Assembly (NCBI GenBank): GCA_937625935.1 | Contig: OW569384.1 | Coordinates: 310,001 to 374,000, forward strand | Direction: 5' to 3' | Source of the DNA: Tetramitus jugosus | Lineage: Eukaryota > Protista > Heterolobosea | DNA: 64,000 bases | Program-made: the position numbers and the translations under genes | Shown: one piece after another, positions 1 through 10,435 of the stretch | Position numbering within the stretch: the first letter of the stretch is position 1 | Layout: every line of letters begins with the position of its first letter | The notes under the pieces: model-generated | Databases searched by the model: none | The model's input: only the letters and a program-made list of their open reading frames with translations | Told to the model about the DNA's origin: nothing

Positions 1-196
1 CCTCAGCATCCATTTCTTTCATGGTAATGAACGGAACGTGCAATAAATGAGGAAGTAGCACGCTTTTGTTTCCTAAATGAAGCATTCTCATTAACCATGA
101 TTTGATACTGGTTCGTTGAAGGCAACCCTGACCCGAGAAAATTCAAGGTGGTTCAGCGAAATGGACTCCTTCACACATCATTAAGTATGCTTATAC

Positions 197-1333
197 TCAC
201 ATAAATTGAAATTCACAGTCTGAATCAAAAATATCAAACCCAGGATACAAGTCGAGATCACCGAGACTACGAAAAGCAACACCTAAATCCTTTCCATTGA
301 CTGAAAAACTCATTTCGCCATTCTCAAGTGACACTCCAATCACTGTTCCATCACAATAAGCTGGTTGATTGGAGTATGATTTTCCATGGGAACTACTTTG
401 TGAGAACAAACGACCATTTAACCAATGAAAGTACCGTCCAAAGCTCTTAAAATTTAAATCCTTGTTGGTTGTTCTTGGAGTCATTCCGATCATTAAGTTA
501 GTGCAATTCTTGATCAATCGAACTGAAAACGAATCACATTTGGTTCCAAGTGCTCCACAGTTAAAACCATTCTTCCCCGTTTTATGAATTCTCTTGTTGT
601 CCTCCGAAAGAGCTGCTTCGCTTCCAACATACTGGGGATCAAACACAACCTCGTTTGACTTGATATTTGCATTGCTTCGAACTGCTTTTTTGATTGCACT
701 ATTCAAGATATAACAATATTGTGTTCGATTCTCAACGTCAAAATCAATCCAAGAATTGACAGCAAACACCGCATCAAGCTCATTGTATTTGTGAACCAAC
801 ATTTCCAATGCGTAGACCCATTTCTCAACATTAAGAGTCAAATATGTATCTCCTGCCAATATCTTGTCTGATGATGTTTGAAACTCTTGTTTCATCTTTT
901 GTTTGACTCGTCTGAATTGATCCTGTTCCAAATCCAAGTGCAAGCATTGTAAAACATTTTCATGATCTATAGTATTGACCAAATGATCAATAAGAATAGA
1001 AAGCAAGGCAACGAATTGGTACTTTTGTGCCAACAAAATCCAAGGAATAACTTTCTCGTCTTCAATCGATAGTTGGCCATTATAAACACACTTGATCAAA
1101 TCAGTCAGCAATTTTTCATTCTCCTCGCCTTCCTCTTCGAGTCTGACAATTCCTTCTCTTGACTCAATCATGTCGTACTCGAAACAAGCTCTGAAAAAGT
1201 CACTGGATGGCACGAGAATGAACTTGTTCAGGAACAATGTTGTGTTGCTCTCTGTGAACAACACTTGGCAATCAGACAAAGAGGAATTGTTGAAATATTG
1301 TCCATGGTTGTTTGCAAATGCAACGTGTCTCAT
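197..1333 (-). CDS. BTB/POZ-BACK-SPRY domain protein (copy 1)
   Basis: N-terminal BTB (SDCQVLF..LNKFIL..SDFFRACF..DMIES) and SPRY-like C-terminus (GTVIGVSL..FSVNGKDLGVAF..LYPGFD); clear paralog of 1620..2768. Confidence 0.85.
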   Translation of the reverse strand: MRHVAFANNHGQYFNNSSLSDCQVLFTESNTTLFLNKFILVPSSDFFRACFEYDMIESREGIVRLEEEGEENEKLLTDLIKCVYNGQLSIEDEKVIPWILLAQKYQFVALLSILIDHLVNTIDHENVLQCLHLDLEQDQFRRVKQKMKQEFQTSSDKILAGDTYLTLNVEKWVYALEMLVHKYNELDAVFAVNSWIDFDVENRTQYCYILNSAIKKAVRSNANIKSNEVVFDPQYVGSEAALSEDNKRIHKTGKNGFNCGALGTKCDSFSVRLIKNCTNLMIGMTPRTTNKDLNFKSFGRYFHWLNGRLFSQSSSHGKSYSNQPAYCDGTVIGVSLENGEMSFSVNGKDLGVAFRSLGDLDLYPGFDIFDSDCEFQFM

Positions 1334-1619
1334 TTTCTGGCCTTGTGTTTGTTTCTTCTTCGTCGTCGTACCGAACTTGAAAACAATTCCGATGCATTTC
1401 GGAGATTGCGAGGCAACAGTGCACTGTATTCTGGTGTTCGTGGGTCAACGGAGTACCTTTAGGATGATTCGCTGGTTTGACTTCTTCATGGCCAGTAGCG
1501 ATATGATGCATTCACATCATTCACATCTGAGCACCACCAGAATCTAACGGTCGATTGAGTTGATACGATTGTTCTGTCGAATGACAGTACCTTGGATTGA
1601 TGGTTGCAGAGCTTTGAAC

Positions 1620-2768
1620 TCACAGAAACTCAAACTCGCAACCCGAATCATAAATATCAAAAGCGGGATGCAAGTCAATGCCTTTGACACCACGAAAAGC
1701 GACACCTAAATCTTGGTCATTGACTGAATAACTCACCTCCCCATCCTGAAGTGACACTCCAATCACTACTCCATCTTGGTCAATTGATTGGTTGTAGTAT
1801 GGTTTGTTGTAGAATGATTTGCCATAGCCACGTTGTGAATACAAACAACCATTTTCACAACACAAGTACCATCCACAACTATTGCAGTTTTTACCATCCT
1901 TGTTGATTGTTCTTGGCGCCATGCCGATCATCAAATTAGTGCAATTCTTGATCAATCGAACTGAAAATGAATCACATTTGGTTCCAAGAGCTCCACAATT
2001 AAACCCGGTCTTCCCAATTTTCTTAATTCTCTTGTTGTCCTGAGAAAGTGTAGCTCTGCTTCCTGTGTACGATGAAATAAACAAAGTTTCACTCGATTTG
2101 ATGTATTCAGGACCGTAAACAGCTTTCTTGATTGCAGAATTTAAAGCATAACAATATTGTGCTCGATTCTCAACGTCAACCTCAATCCAGGATTGGACAG
2201 CATAAAATGCGTCCAGAGCGTTGTCCTTGTGAACTAGCATTTCTAATGCACACATCAATTGCTCAACATTCAGAGTCGAGTAAGAATCTTCTTTCAATAT
2301 TTCATCTGATAAAGCATAAAGTTGTTGGTGCATCATTTGTTTAACTTCTTTGAATTGTTCATTCTCCAAATCCAATTGCAAACACTGTAAAATGTTGCTG
2401 CAATTTATATTCTTAATTAAATGCTTGATGAGTACATCAAGCAATGCATTCAGTTGAAATTTTTGTGCCAACAAAATCATGGGAACAATGTCTTTTTGGT
2501 CTTCAATCGATAGTTGGTCAGTGTATAGACTCTTGATCAACTTTGTCACTAATTTTTCATTGTCTTCTGGGTAAATTCGAACGATTCCCTCTCGGGACTC
2601 AATCATGTCATGCTCAAAACACGCTCTGAAAAAGTCACTGGATGGCACGAGAATAAACTTGTGCAGAAACAATCTCCTGTTGCTCTTTGTGAACACCAAT
2701 TGACAATCAGAAAGATTCTTGTTGTTGAAATATTGTCCACGATTGTTTACGAAAGAAATGGTTTCCAT
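1620..2768 (-). CDS. BTB/POZ-BACK-SPRY domain protein (copy 2)
   Basis: Same architecture; shares long identical stretches with copy 1 (e.g. GALGTKCDSFSVRLIKNCTNLMIGM). Confidence 0.85.
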   Translation of the reverse strand: METISFVNNRGQYFNNKNLSDCQLVFTKSNRRLFLHKFILVPSSDFFRACFEHDMIESREGIVRIYPEDNEKLVTKLIKSLYTDQLSIEDQKDIVPMILLAQKFQLNALLDVLIKHLIKNINCSNILQCLQLDLENEQFKEVKQMMHQQLYALSDEILKEDSYSTLNVEQLMCALEMLVHKDNALDAFYAVQSWIEVDVENRAQYCYALNSAIKKAVYGPEYIKSSETLFISSYTGSRATLSQDNKRIKKIGKTGFNCGALGTKCDSFSVRLIKNCTNLMIGMAPRTINKDGKNCNSCGWYLCCENGCLYSQRGYGKSFYNKPYYNQSIDQDGVVIGVSLQDGEVSYSVNDQDLGVAFRGVKGIDLHPAFDIYDSGCEFEFL

Positions 2769-2859
2769 TGTGTATGTTTCCTCTATTCTCTTCTTTAGGC
2801 GGCTTGATCACAGTTTTTATAAACCAGGGGTTAAAAAAATCACAGTTTCTGGTTTTGGG

Positions 2860-3334
2860 ATAAACTCAACCTAGAATATCAAAAGCAGGATACAAACAAA
2901 GTTAATCGGACATCACAACTTATTGATTTCAACTGTCAAATTGACGAGGCGTACGACTTTACCAATCAATCGACTTCATTGCAAGTATCTTGTGCCAATA
3001 TGTGTTAACATTCAGTGTTAAATATGAATTCCCTTTCAGTATCTCAAGAGATGATTCTATAAACTGTTGCCGGGCCTTATGTTTGACTAGGGTGAATTGT
3101 TCTTCTTCCAAATCCAAATGCAAGCATTGTAAAACGGTACTGCCATCCATAGTATTGATCAAGTGATCAATGAGAACAGGGATCAATGCATTCAATTGAT
3201 ACCTTTGTGACAGAATCGTTGGAACAACATCGATCTCGTCTTCAATCGAAACATGCCTTGAAAAAGTCACTGGATGACATGAGGATGAACTTGTGCAAAA
3301 ACAATGTTGTTTTGCTCTTTGTGAACACCAATTC
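2860..3334 (-). pseudogene. Deleted/frameshifted BTB-SPRY paralog (copy 3)
   Basis: 3250-3334 encodes LVFTKSKTTLFLHKFILMSSSDFFKACF, joined out of frame to SIEDEIDVVP..VLQCLHLDLE..YLTLNV; 2860-2895 resembles the family C-terminus (YPAFDI); no intact start or full ORF. Confidence 0.75.
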
Positions 3335-3673
3335 TAGGACACAAGATCACGCTAACCACGTATTCCGTTGTGATAGGACAGCAGTGCTTGAGACGCAGGC
3401 TGTCGTTGTTTTCAACACGTGGTACGCAGGCTGAAACCCCTAAAACTGAAAATCGAAGTTCGCCTGAAAAGAACCAGACAGCTTTAGTGCATTGGTTTTG
3501 TTCACGAACATCTATTGCTGATCTAAGTCAATTCTGACAGTTGAAAACACTTTCTCCTGCCAAGCAACAAAGCTAAAAAGGTGGTCAACACAACGAGAGG
3601 TGGGTTGGCCAATCGATCAATTTTAGTCAATACTTCAACAATCAGTCATCCTTCAATAATTTGAGTAACTCCT

Positions 3674-4186
3674 TCATTTACTAGAAGATATTTGTTGGAT
3701 TAATGCTTGAGACCACTTCTCAAAAGATTTGTCAAACTCAACTTGATTAGAAACATCACCTTCCTCACACTCAATGACAGCATTTCCCACAGATGTCTTC
3801 TTCGCGAGGCTCTTTTTCACAAAACGAGAGAACTTTTGGTAAGTTTCAACATATCTCGAATCACCATTTCCAAACACTGAAAACTTCAATGGTATCTCCT
3901 CTTCCTCCTCTTCATCTTCGACCCATTCCTGTAGTGCGTCGAAAAAATCCGAAGCGGATTCTGGCGGGCTTCCTTTCTCCGCTGTCGTCAAAATGAATGC
4001 GAAAAGCGTGTTTTCTTCGCCCAACAGCTCTGAGAGTGATTCTTCGTCAGAGAACCAATCATCGATGGATGAAACTTGAATCTCACATCGTGTTGCAGCT
4101 GATTGGAGTTTCTTTTTCAGTTGGTCTGCTAATTGCTCGCTGCCACCAGAGCGTGTGGCGAAAATGATTTGCACTTTGTCCGTCAT
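3674..4186 (-). CDS. Stand-alone flavodoxin / FMN-binding domain protein (CPR/MioC-like)
   Basis: ATG at 4186 (MTDKVQ); IIFATRSGGSEQLA (FMN phosphate loop), TTAEKGSPPES, FSVFGNGDSRY motifs; about 170 aa, acidic. Confidence 0.8.
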   Translation of the reverse strand: MTDKVQIIFATRSGGSEQLADQLKKKLQSAATRCEIQVSSIDDWFSDEESLSELLGEENTLFAFILTTAEKGSPPESASDFFDALQEWVEDEEEEEEIPLKFSVFGNGDSRYVETYQKFSRFVKKSLAKKTSVGNAVIECEEGDVSNQVEFDKSFEKWSQALIQQISSSK

Positions 4187-4256
4187 CTCGTTGCTTGTTT
4201 TTTTGTAGAAGTAAAAATTTTTGAAAGTTTTGTAACTTGTTTTACAATCAACCTGT

Positions 4257-5765
4257 TTATTTTGTATCGCGAGGAACCAGTTTGAGTTCTTGGAAATCAA
4301 TCTTGATGGTGATTAAAACTCTCTCCTTTGGTTGTGTGTCTTCTCTGTTGAATTCAACCTTGTATTTCTGGAGCAGTTTGCTCACAATCACCACACTTTC
4401 AACAAGACTGAACGTCATACCTGCACACTTGCGAGAGCCGTAGGAGAATGCCAGAAAAGATATTGGGTCATACTTTTCATAGAAACGATCTGGATTGAAT
4501 CTGTAAGGATCCTTCCAGTTGTTCTCATTCAAATGAGTCAAATATACGTCAAGCCACACAACAGTGTCCTTTGGTATCTTATAACCAGACAAAACATCTG
4601 ATTTCATTGCTCGCTTTGGTGCAGCCTGTGTTGGTGCATGTAGTCTCAATGATTCCTTGATACAATTGTTGACATAGGTCAATTGAGTCAAGTCGTCATA
4701 TGTGGCATCTCTTCCATCTTCTAGCACTCGTTGAATCTCTTGATATGCCTTTTCTTGGATATCCTGATGACGAGCAAACTCAACCAACAACTGACCAATT
4801 GATGATGCGCTTGTCTCATGACCTGCAAACATGAACAACCAGGCATCAGCGATCATCTCTCTAGCACTCAATTTCTCATCTTCTTGCTCATTGGAATTCA
4901 CAAGCAAACTGAGCAAATCAACTCTCTTCTGATTCAAATTAGACTTACGCTCTGCAATAATCTCCTGCAAATACAACTCGACTTCATCGACAGCAGTATG
5001 AATTTGCTTCAGAATCGGCAATGGTAGCCATCTTAGCCATGAAGGTACGATGACTCTCTCAGCGACACCCTTCATGTTCGTAATCTCCAACGCGTCATAA
5101 AATGACATCTTATGTTTAGTCTCATCGAACAGTGTGTGCTTCAGTTGATCATCTTCCTTTTCATTGAAAATGTGCAAGTTGTAACCAAAGGCAGACTTTC
5201 CAATAATGTCCATCGTAACATCTGTTAAATCCTTGTTCACCTCCAAAATGTTTTCATTTCTTTCACATCTCTTCAACAGCATATCTGTCGAGCGATTCGA
5301 TATATCAACCAATTCTCTCAGATTACTCTCCTTGAAAGCAGGCTCCACAATCTTTCTGTGTCTCCTGTGAACATCTCCTCCAGGAATACTGACAATGTTC
5401 TCACCATAGATGCGCAACGAATCATATCCATCTGGCTTCTCATAATTGGACGCATTCTTGAGATACACATGCTTAGTGTCCTCCAAGTTATTCAAAACGA
5501 CCAAGGTCGATCGGAACAGTGTGATACGGAACAAGGGCTTATCACCAAACTTCTCCTGACCCAACTTTACAATAGTACGATAGGAACCAACAAACATGTA
5601 GGGAGCTAGAAAAGGGATATACAAGGGCATCATCGGCAGCAATTGACTCACCCCAGGTATGTGCTTCTGTTTCTGGATCTCTTGAATGTGCAGATAGATG
5701 GCAATGCTGAGACCAACAATCAACAGAGCAACGATCACTTGCAAAATCAAAAACAATGACATCAT
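4257..5765 (-). CDS. Cytochrome P450 (membrane-anchored)
   Basis: N-terminal TM anchor from ATG 5765; I-helix AGHETS, ExxR (ESLR), FNPDRF, heme motif FSYGSRKCAG. Confidence 0.95.
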   Translation of the reverse strand: MMSLFLILQVIVALLIVGLSIAIYLHIQEIQKQKHIPGVSQLLPMMPLYIPFLAPYMFVGSYRTIVKLGQEKFGDKPLFRITLFRSTLVVLNNLEDTKHVYLKNASNYEKPDGYDSLRIYGENIVSIPGGDVHRRHRKIVEPAFKESNLRELVDISNRSTDMLLKRCERNENILEVNKDLTDVTMDIIGKSAFGYNLHIFNEKEDDQLKHTLFDETKHKMSFYDALEITNMKGVAERVIVPSWLRWLPLPILKQIHTAVDEVELYLQEIIAERKSNLNQKRVDLLSLLVNSNEQEDEKLSAREMIADAWLFMFAGHETSASSIGQLLVEFARHQDIQEKAYQEIQRVLEDGRDATYDDLTQLTYVNNCIKESLRLHAPTQAAPKRAMKSDVLSGYKIPKDTVVWLDVYLTHLNENNWKDPYRFNPDRFYEKYDPISFLAFSYGSRKCAGMTFSLVESVVIVSKLLQKYKVEFNREDTQPKERVLITIKIDFQELKLVPRDTK

Positions 5766-5970
5766 AGTAGTGTGGATGGAGGTTTGTTTTATGGTTTGTT
5801 TTTCAGGGTGTGGGTCGCGAAAGTGCTCCACCAGAAAAAGATGATCGGAAGTACCGCGAGACGGATTCGAAATTTACCATTCATGATCTGTGATTTGTGA
5901 CAAGCATGCGTGATGTTGAACTGTTTCTTTTATTTCAATGATTGTATTGTCGCAGAGTAGAAGGTAGCAT

Positions 5971-8157
5971 TTACAGAATGGCTCTAAACATGCTATCAAC
6001 CTCTTGACTTTGACTAACAACAGCAGGTTGCAGTGAATAGTTGGTTGTTTGTGCCATGGGTGAATTCATTGGTGGAGCATTGTGCATTTGCATGCCTTGG
6101 TTCATCATGGGCTGTTGATTCATTTGGTTTGGAGGAGGTTGCATCGTAGGATTATTCATAGACTGTTGTGGCATGAGCATGGTTGGTCTATTGCCATTCA
6201 ACATGGCAAAGTAGTCGTACAGATCTTGTTGATGCTGTTGAATCAGTTGCAACTGTTGTGTTGTTATACTCTGGGAATAGTTGGGGATATTGTTGTTGTT
6301 GTTGTTTGTTTGTGGGTATGGTATGCTATTGCTGCTGGAGCCAACAGATTGTGAGAATTGATCAGTAGGTGCTGCATACAATTGCCGTTGCATTTGTTGA
6401 TGCTGCTGCATTTGTTGTTGCTGCTGCTGCTGTTGCTGTTGTTGAGACATCTGTTGTCCATTTCTATAATTGTCCATTGCACTGGTACCAAAGTACTTTT
6501 GATAAATGAATTCTCGCTCGTGAGGCAAGCATGACTCAATCAATCGACACAGCAGTGACTTTCTGTCCTGATCGTTCATCTTCTGGAATGAACTAGCAAT
6601 CGTGCTGATTCTCTCTGGATTCTTCTCCATTTGCTTCTCAGAAAACTTGGAAAAGTCCGTGTCGTTCAAGCAACCCAATAGTTCATCAATCACCTCAGCA
6701 GGTATATCTGAAGCAGTATCAAGATCGAGTGATGCACGTGAATGCAGCAAGCTGGATCCAGAAGATGCTGCAGGATATCCAGAAGGTGTCTGCTGTTGTA
6801 GCATCATTGAGGAAGAGTGTTGCTGTTGTTGGAACGACGAGGATTGAGCAACGGATTGCTGTTGTTGTTGCATCTCTTCTTCCTTCATCTTCTTGGCACT
6901 CTGAGGTGTGTCCGAGTCCGAGTCGTCTTCTACGCTCTTGCGCTTCTTGAGTGCCTCCTTTTTCTTGGATCCTGGCTTAGCAATTGGCTTCTTGGCACGA
7001 ATTGTGAAGGCAGGTGAGATCAAGCAGCAGCACAAGTTGGCAGAACCGTTGCTCGTATCAGTCAGACTCGTACTACCATTACTGGGCTCATACAGATAAA
7101 TGACCATTCTAAACTTTCTACCGTCTTGCTTGTAGGAGCAAATATTGAACGAGAAGGGACCAATGGTCACAGTGCTCAACAGTGAATCCTGTGGCGAAAC
7201 ATTTCCGTTTGTACTGCCATTGGTACCAACACCTCCAGGAGAAGTAGTAGCATCTGGCGAGGAAGAAGCAGATGGTGCATTGTTTGTGCCTGATGATGAG
7301 GATGATGATGATGATGGTGTCGTGTTGCCAGAATTCATATCATCCAGTGTGTGATGAGCCACAGAGGAACACATGAAACTGTTTTCATTGTTTGTAATGA
7401 CAGAGTTCTTGTCCTTTCCACCTCTCTTGTTATTCATCATTCCACCACCACCACCTCCACTCGAAGAGTTGTTCTGTTGATAGTGATGATAGGGTTGATT
7501 CTGATTGGAACCACCACTCGACGAATTTGAAGAAGATCCACCACTACCATTGGCACTGTTGCCTCCACCTGGTGTTGCATTATTGTACAAGACCACTTTT
7601 TGTCCATCTTCATAGTTTAAATCGATGCATGCCATGACATTTTGATTCTCAGTCATGTTCTTCACATCAAGACTCATGTGATACTTGTATGGTGCCTTGT
7701 ACCAAATGTCGGAGAATTCATCCGAAAAGTGATCTTTTCGCTTTTTGCAATATTTGAATTGAGGAATGCCTAATTTCCACCTGATTCGTTTCTCTTCGTT
7801 GAACCATTGAACAATCCAACCTGCCATACTATCATTCAAGTATTCAACATGAGGTGATGAACCAGTACTGTTGTTGGTAGGAGTGTTGGTGGTAGTAGTT
7901 GTTGTTGTTGTTGTTGGAGGAGCAGTGCTGTTTGGAGGTGGAGGTGGTGGTGGTGAACTCATGTGATGATTGTTGTTTGATTGTTGTTGTTGCAAGTGAT
8001 GATGTTGTTGTTGTTGTTGAAGATGATTGTGTTGAAAGTGTGCGTGATGGTGTTGTGCTTGTTGTTGTTGTTGCATGGTAGAGTTTGGAGACAAGTCATT
8101 GTTGCCGTAGCTTTGTTGATGCATCAATTGTTGATGTGAATGAAGGTGTGGATTCAT
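5971..8157 (-). CDS. Low-complexity putative transcription factor (possibly CudA-like core)
   Basis: Poly-Q/H/S/T tracts around a globular region (FSFNICSYKQDGRKFRMVIYL..ISPAFTIRAKKP) followed by a basic NLS (KKKEALKKRK). Confidence 0.55.
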   Translation of the reverse strand: MNPHLHSHQQLMHQQSYGNNDLSPNSTMQQQQQAQHHHAHFQHNHLQQQQQHHHLQQQQSNNNHHMSSPPPPPPPNSTAPPTTTTTTTTTNTPTNNSTGSSPHVEYLNDSMAGWIVQWFNEEKRIRWKLGIPQFKYCKKRKDHFSDEFSDIWYKAPYKYHMSLDVKNMTENQNVMACIDLNYEDGQKVVLYNNATPGGGNSANGSGGSSSNSSSGGSNQNQPYHHYQQNNSSSGGGGGGMMNNKRGGKDKNSVITNNENSFMCSSVAHHTLDDMNSGNTTPSSSSSSSSGTNNAPSASSSPDATTSPGGVGTNGSTNGNVSPQDSLLSTVTIGPFSFNICSYKQDGRKFRMVIYLYEPSNGSTSLTDTSNGSANLCCCLISPAFTIRAKKPIAKPGSKKKEALKKRKSVEDDSDSDTPQSAKKMKEEEMQQQQQSVAQSSSFQQQQHSSSMMLQQQTPSGYPAASSGSSLLHSRASLDLDTASDIPAEVIDELLGCLNDTDFSKFSEKQMEKNPERISTIASSFQKMNDQDRKSLLCRLIESCLPHEREFIYQKYFGTSAMDNYRNGQQMSQQQQQQQQQQQMQQHQQMQRQLYAAPTDQFSQSVGSSSNSIPYPQTNNNNNNIPNYSQSITTQQLQLIQQHQQDLYDYFAMLNGNRPTMLMPQQSMNNPTMQPPPNQMNQQPMMNQGMQMHNAPPMNSPMAQTTNYSLQPAVVSQSQEVDSMFRAIL

Positions 8158-8573
8158 GTTTGATTGTGTCGTCGTGTGATTTGTTGTTGTTTCGTGTGCT
8201 GGTCGTTAAAAAGTGTATTGGTTTTTCTTAAACAAAGCGCGGTGGGGTAATAGCTCTTTAGCTCTATGAAACAGAGGAAGAAATATTTGAGAGCTATGTG
8301 TGAGAAAATAGAGTATGTACTTGGAGTTGATGTTTTTTAAGATTTTGTGTGATGTGGATGACAATGGTAATGATAGGCAGGGTTATTCGTTTGAGTTTGT
8401 ATCCTCAAGAGACATTTAGGGCTGTTGGTCCTGTTATGTTCTGGTGTTTCACGTGGTGGTTGAATTGGATCCGTTTGTTTCGGTGCTTCGAACAGTTGGA
8501 TTGATGAATTGGAAGGAAGGCGGTCCGATTCGCCAACGGCCAATTTTGTTACAAGCGAGAAGTTTCATTCAAA

Positions 8574-9860
8574 ATGGTGATTGTTCGCGAACGATTGTGC
8601 GCAAAAGGAATGAAAGAGAGGCAGGGAATCACAAGTTCCTTGGCGGAGCGTTATTTACTGTCTCCCAGTCTTCATAGGCTGACAAGAATTATTAGTCATC
8701 TTCTCCCCAATGATCCTTCGATTGTGCACTCCGATTTGACTGCTTTTTCCGGTGATGGTGACGGAGAAGCAAAACCGTTACAAAATTTTACGGAATTGTA
8801 TTTTGGAAATTTGTTTTGTTTCGAATTTGCAGGTAATGTGCATCACTTGACAATTGAAAATGCCAATACATACATTGATGATTTTACAGAGGAAGAAAAT
8901 GGCTCATTGCGGAGAAGCTTGTTGAACACAAACAATGATGTTTGCAGATTCACTCAAGTACTGCATCAGCTGGCACTCGCACATGGAATCCACGATCTGA
9001 GGTGCGAAATATATGGCCACATTTGTGCCAACAATCTTGTTGAAAGAATTGACCGGTTTCATTCGATGACTCACGGGGATCATACTCATTCTAATATCGG
9101 TACAGTCTGCTATTATTCTGGTCATGGTCGATCTGCATCTCATGCCGCCTGTGATCAGAATGTTACGAGCAAAGATACTTCATTAGATCTCAGTCTTGCT
9201 AGCAATGTGTTTGATCACAAGAGTGAAGAATTGGTCTCGGTGAATGCCGTTTTATCCAGATTGCGTAGTAAGGGACCTATACTATTGATCTTGGAATGTT
9301 GTCACAGTGGAGCTGCTGTCCTGGATAATATGGGCTCTTTCGATGAAAATAATCCGTACGTTAATGTATTTATATTGTCGAGTTGCAGTGCTGATGAATT
9401 GTCGGGTGCATGGATTATGGATGGCATGGATTCCGGTGCTATCATGACAAAGGTACTCACGGATCCGATAGGGACATATTTTAAGATTGCATATCAAGTG
9501 TTTTATGATTTTGGAGGTAGCTGGTTAACAATGTCCAAGAACAATCAAAGAACATTGTATGAGTTGTATGACCAATATTCAGATATGATCATTGATGAGT
9601 GGCGGTCGAATTATCCCAACTCATTGCATGTTAAAGCTTTCAACTGGTTGCGAGAACATGCTCCTCACATCTTCGTACTGTTCAAGAATTTTCTTTTACT
9701 TGTACGGTATGGCCACAAGTTGCACATGCCACAAGCAGCCGTCAGCTTTCCAGATTTGTCTGCTACGAAGAATAGTCATCATTGGACTGCATTCGAACAA
9801 GTCATGGAAAACTCAATCCTTCAACTATGGGATGATAGATGCAAATCGATACCAGAGTAA
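8574..9860 (+). CDS. Stand-alone Raptor N-terminal (RNC) / caspase-fold protein
   Basis: YYSGHG, ILECCHSG, LSSCSADE, KVLTDPI, LFKNFLL, VSFPDL..HHWTAFE match Raptor-N motifs in order; start codon uncertain. Confidence 0.7.
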   Translation: MVIVRERLCAKGMKERQGITSSLAERYLLSPSLHRLTRIISHLLPNDPSIVHSDLTAFSGDGDGEAKPLQNFTELYFGNLFCFEFAGNVHHLTIENANTYIDDFTEEENGSLRRSLLNTNNDVCRFTQVLHQLALAHGIHDLRCEIYGHICANNLVERIDRFHSMTHGDHTHSNIGTVCYYSGHGRSASHAACDQNVTSKDTSLDLSLASNVFDHKSEELVSVNAVLSRLRSKGPILLILECCHSGAAVLDNMGSFDENNPYVNVFILSSCSADELSGAWIMDGMDSGAIMTKVLTDPIGTYFKIAYQVFYDFGGSWLTMSKNNQRTLYELYDQYSDMIIDEWRSNYPNSLHVKAFNWLREHAPHIFVLFKNFLLLVRYGHKLHMPQAAVSFPDLSATKNSHHWTAFEQVMENSILQLWDDRCKSIPE

Positions 9861-10435
9861 ATGATCCATTAGTGGGGTAAGTACAATGAGTGGGCTGTCT
9901 GCCTTGGTTTCACGGTTTTGTGTTTTATTTCATGATCTAATTCATATTGGACGAAACAGAACCATTCATCATCCTGTATGCCTATTCAATTGTATGGTCA
10001 TATGAACAATTGGCAACAAATGCCATTGTCCGGATTGGTCGTGAGTTGTCCCTGGAAAAGAAGCAAGCGATTGGACTCTCCGCGATGGTAGAGGACTACT
10101 CTGTTGACTTGGTAATGATTGAGCTTACTCTTTGAACTTTCATCAATACGGAGGAAACATAACAACTCAATTTCGGGGAATGACCTTTGAAGAGTTGCGG
10201 TGGGAGATAGACGGCATCCGAACCAGCTAACTTTTGTTCGGATCTTTCAACAATTATCTTGCTTCTATCTTAAAGTACATCTTGGGTATCACTGGGATGC
10301 AGAGATTGCGCACTGCAACGGCTTCCAGAATAGAGAACATTTCCAAACCCAATCCATTCGAATCTGCGACTTTTGCTGGTCACTCGTCGTGCTAAATGCA
10401 AATCAATAAAACGTACAATCGAACTTTAACACTGT

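Noticed and set aside
4187-4300. Frameshift or readthrough fusion of P450 to flavodoxin
   Set aside because: P450 ends at a normal length, the frames differ and no convincing slippery site or splice pair was seen; kept only as an adjacency finding
9861-10435. Short ORFs downstream of the Raptor-N-like gene as possible further exons
   Set aside because: No HEAT/WD40 similarity and too little space before transketolase
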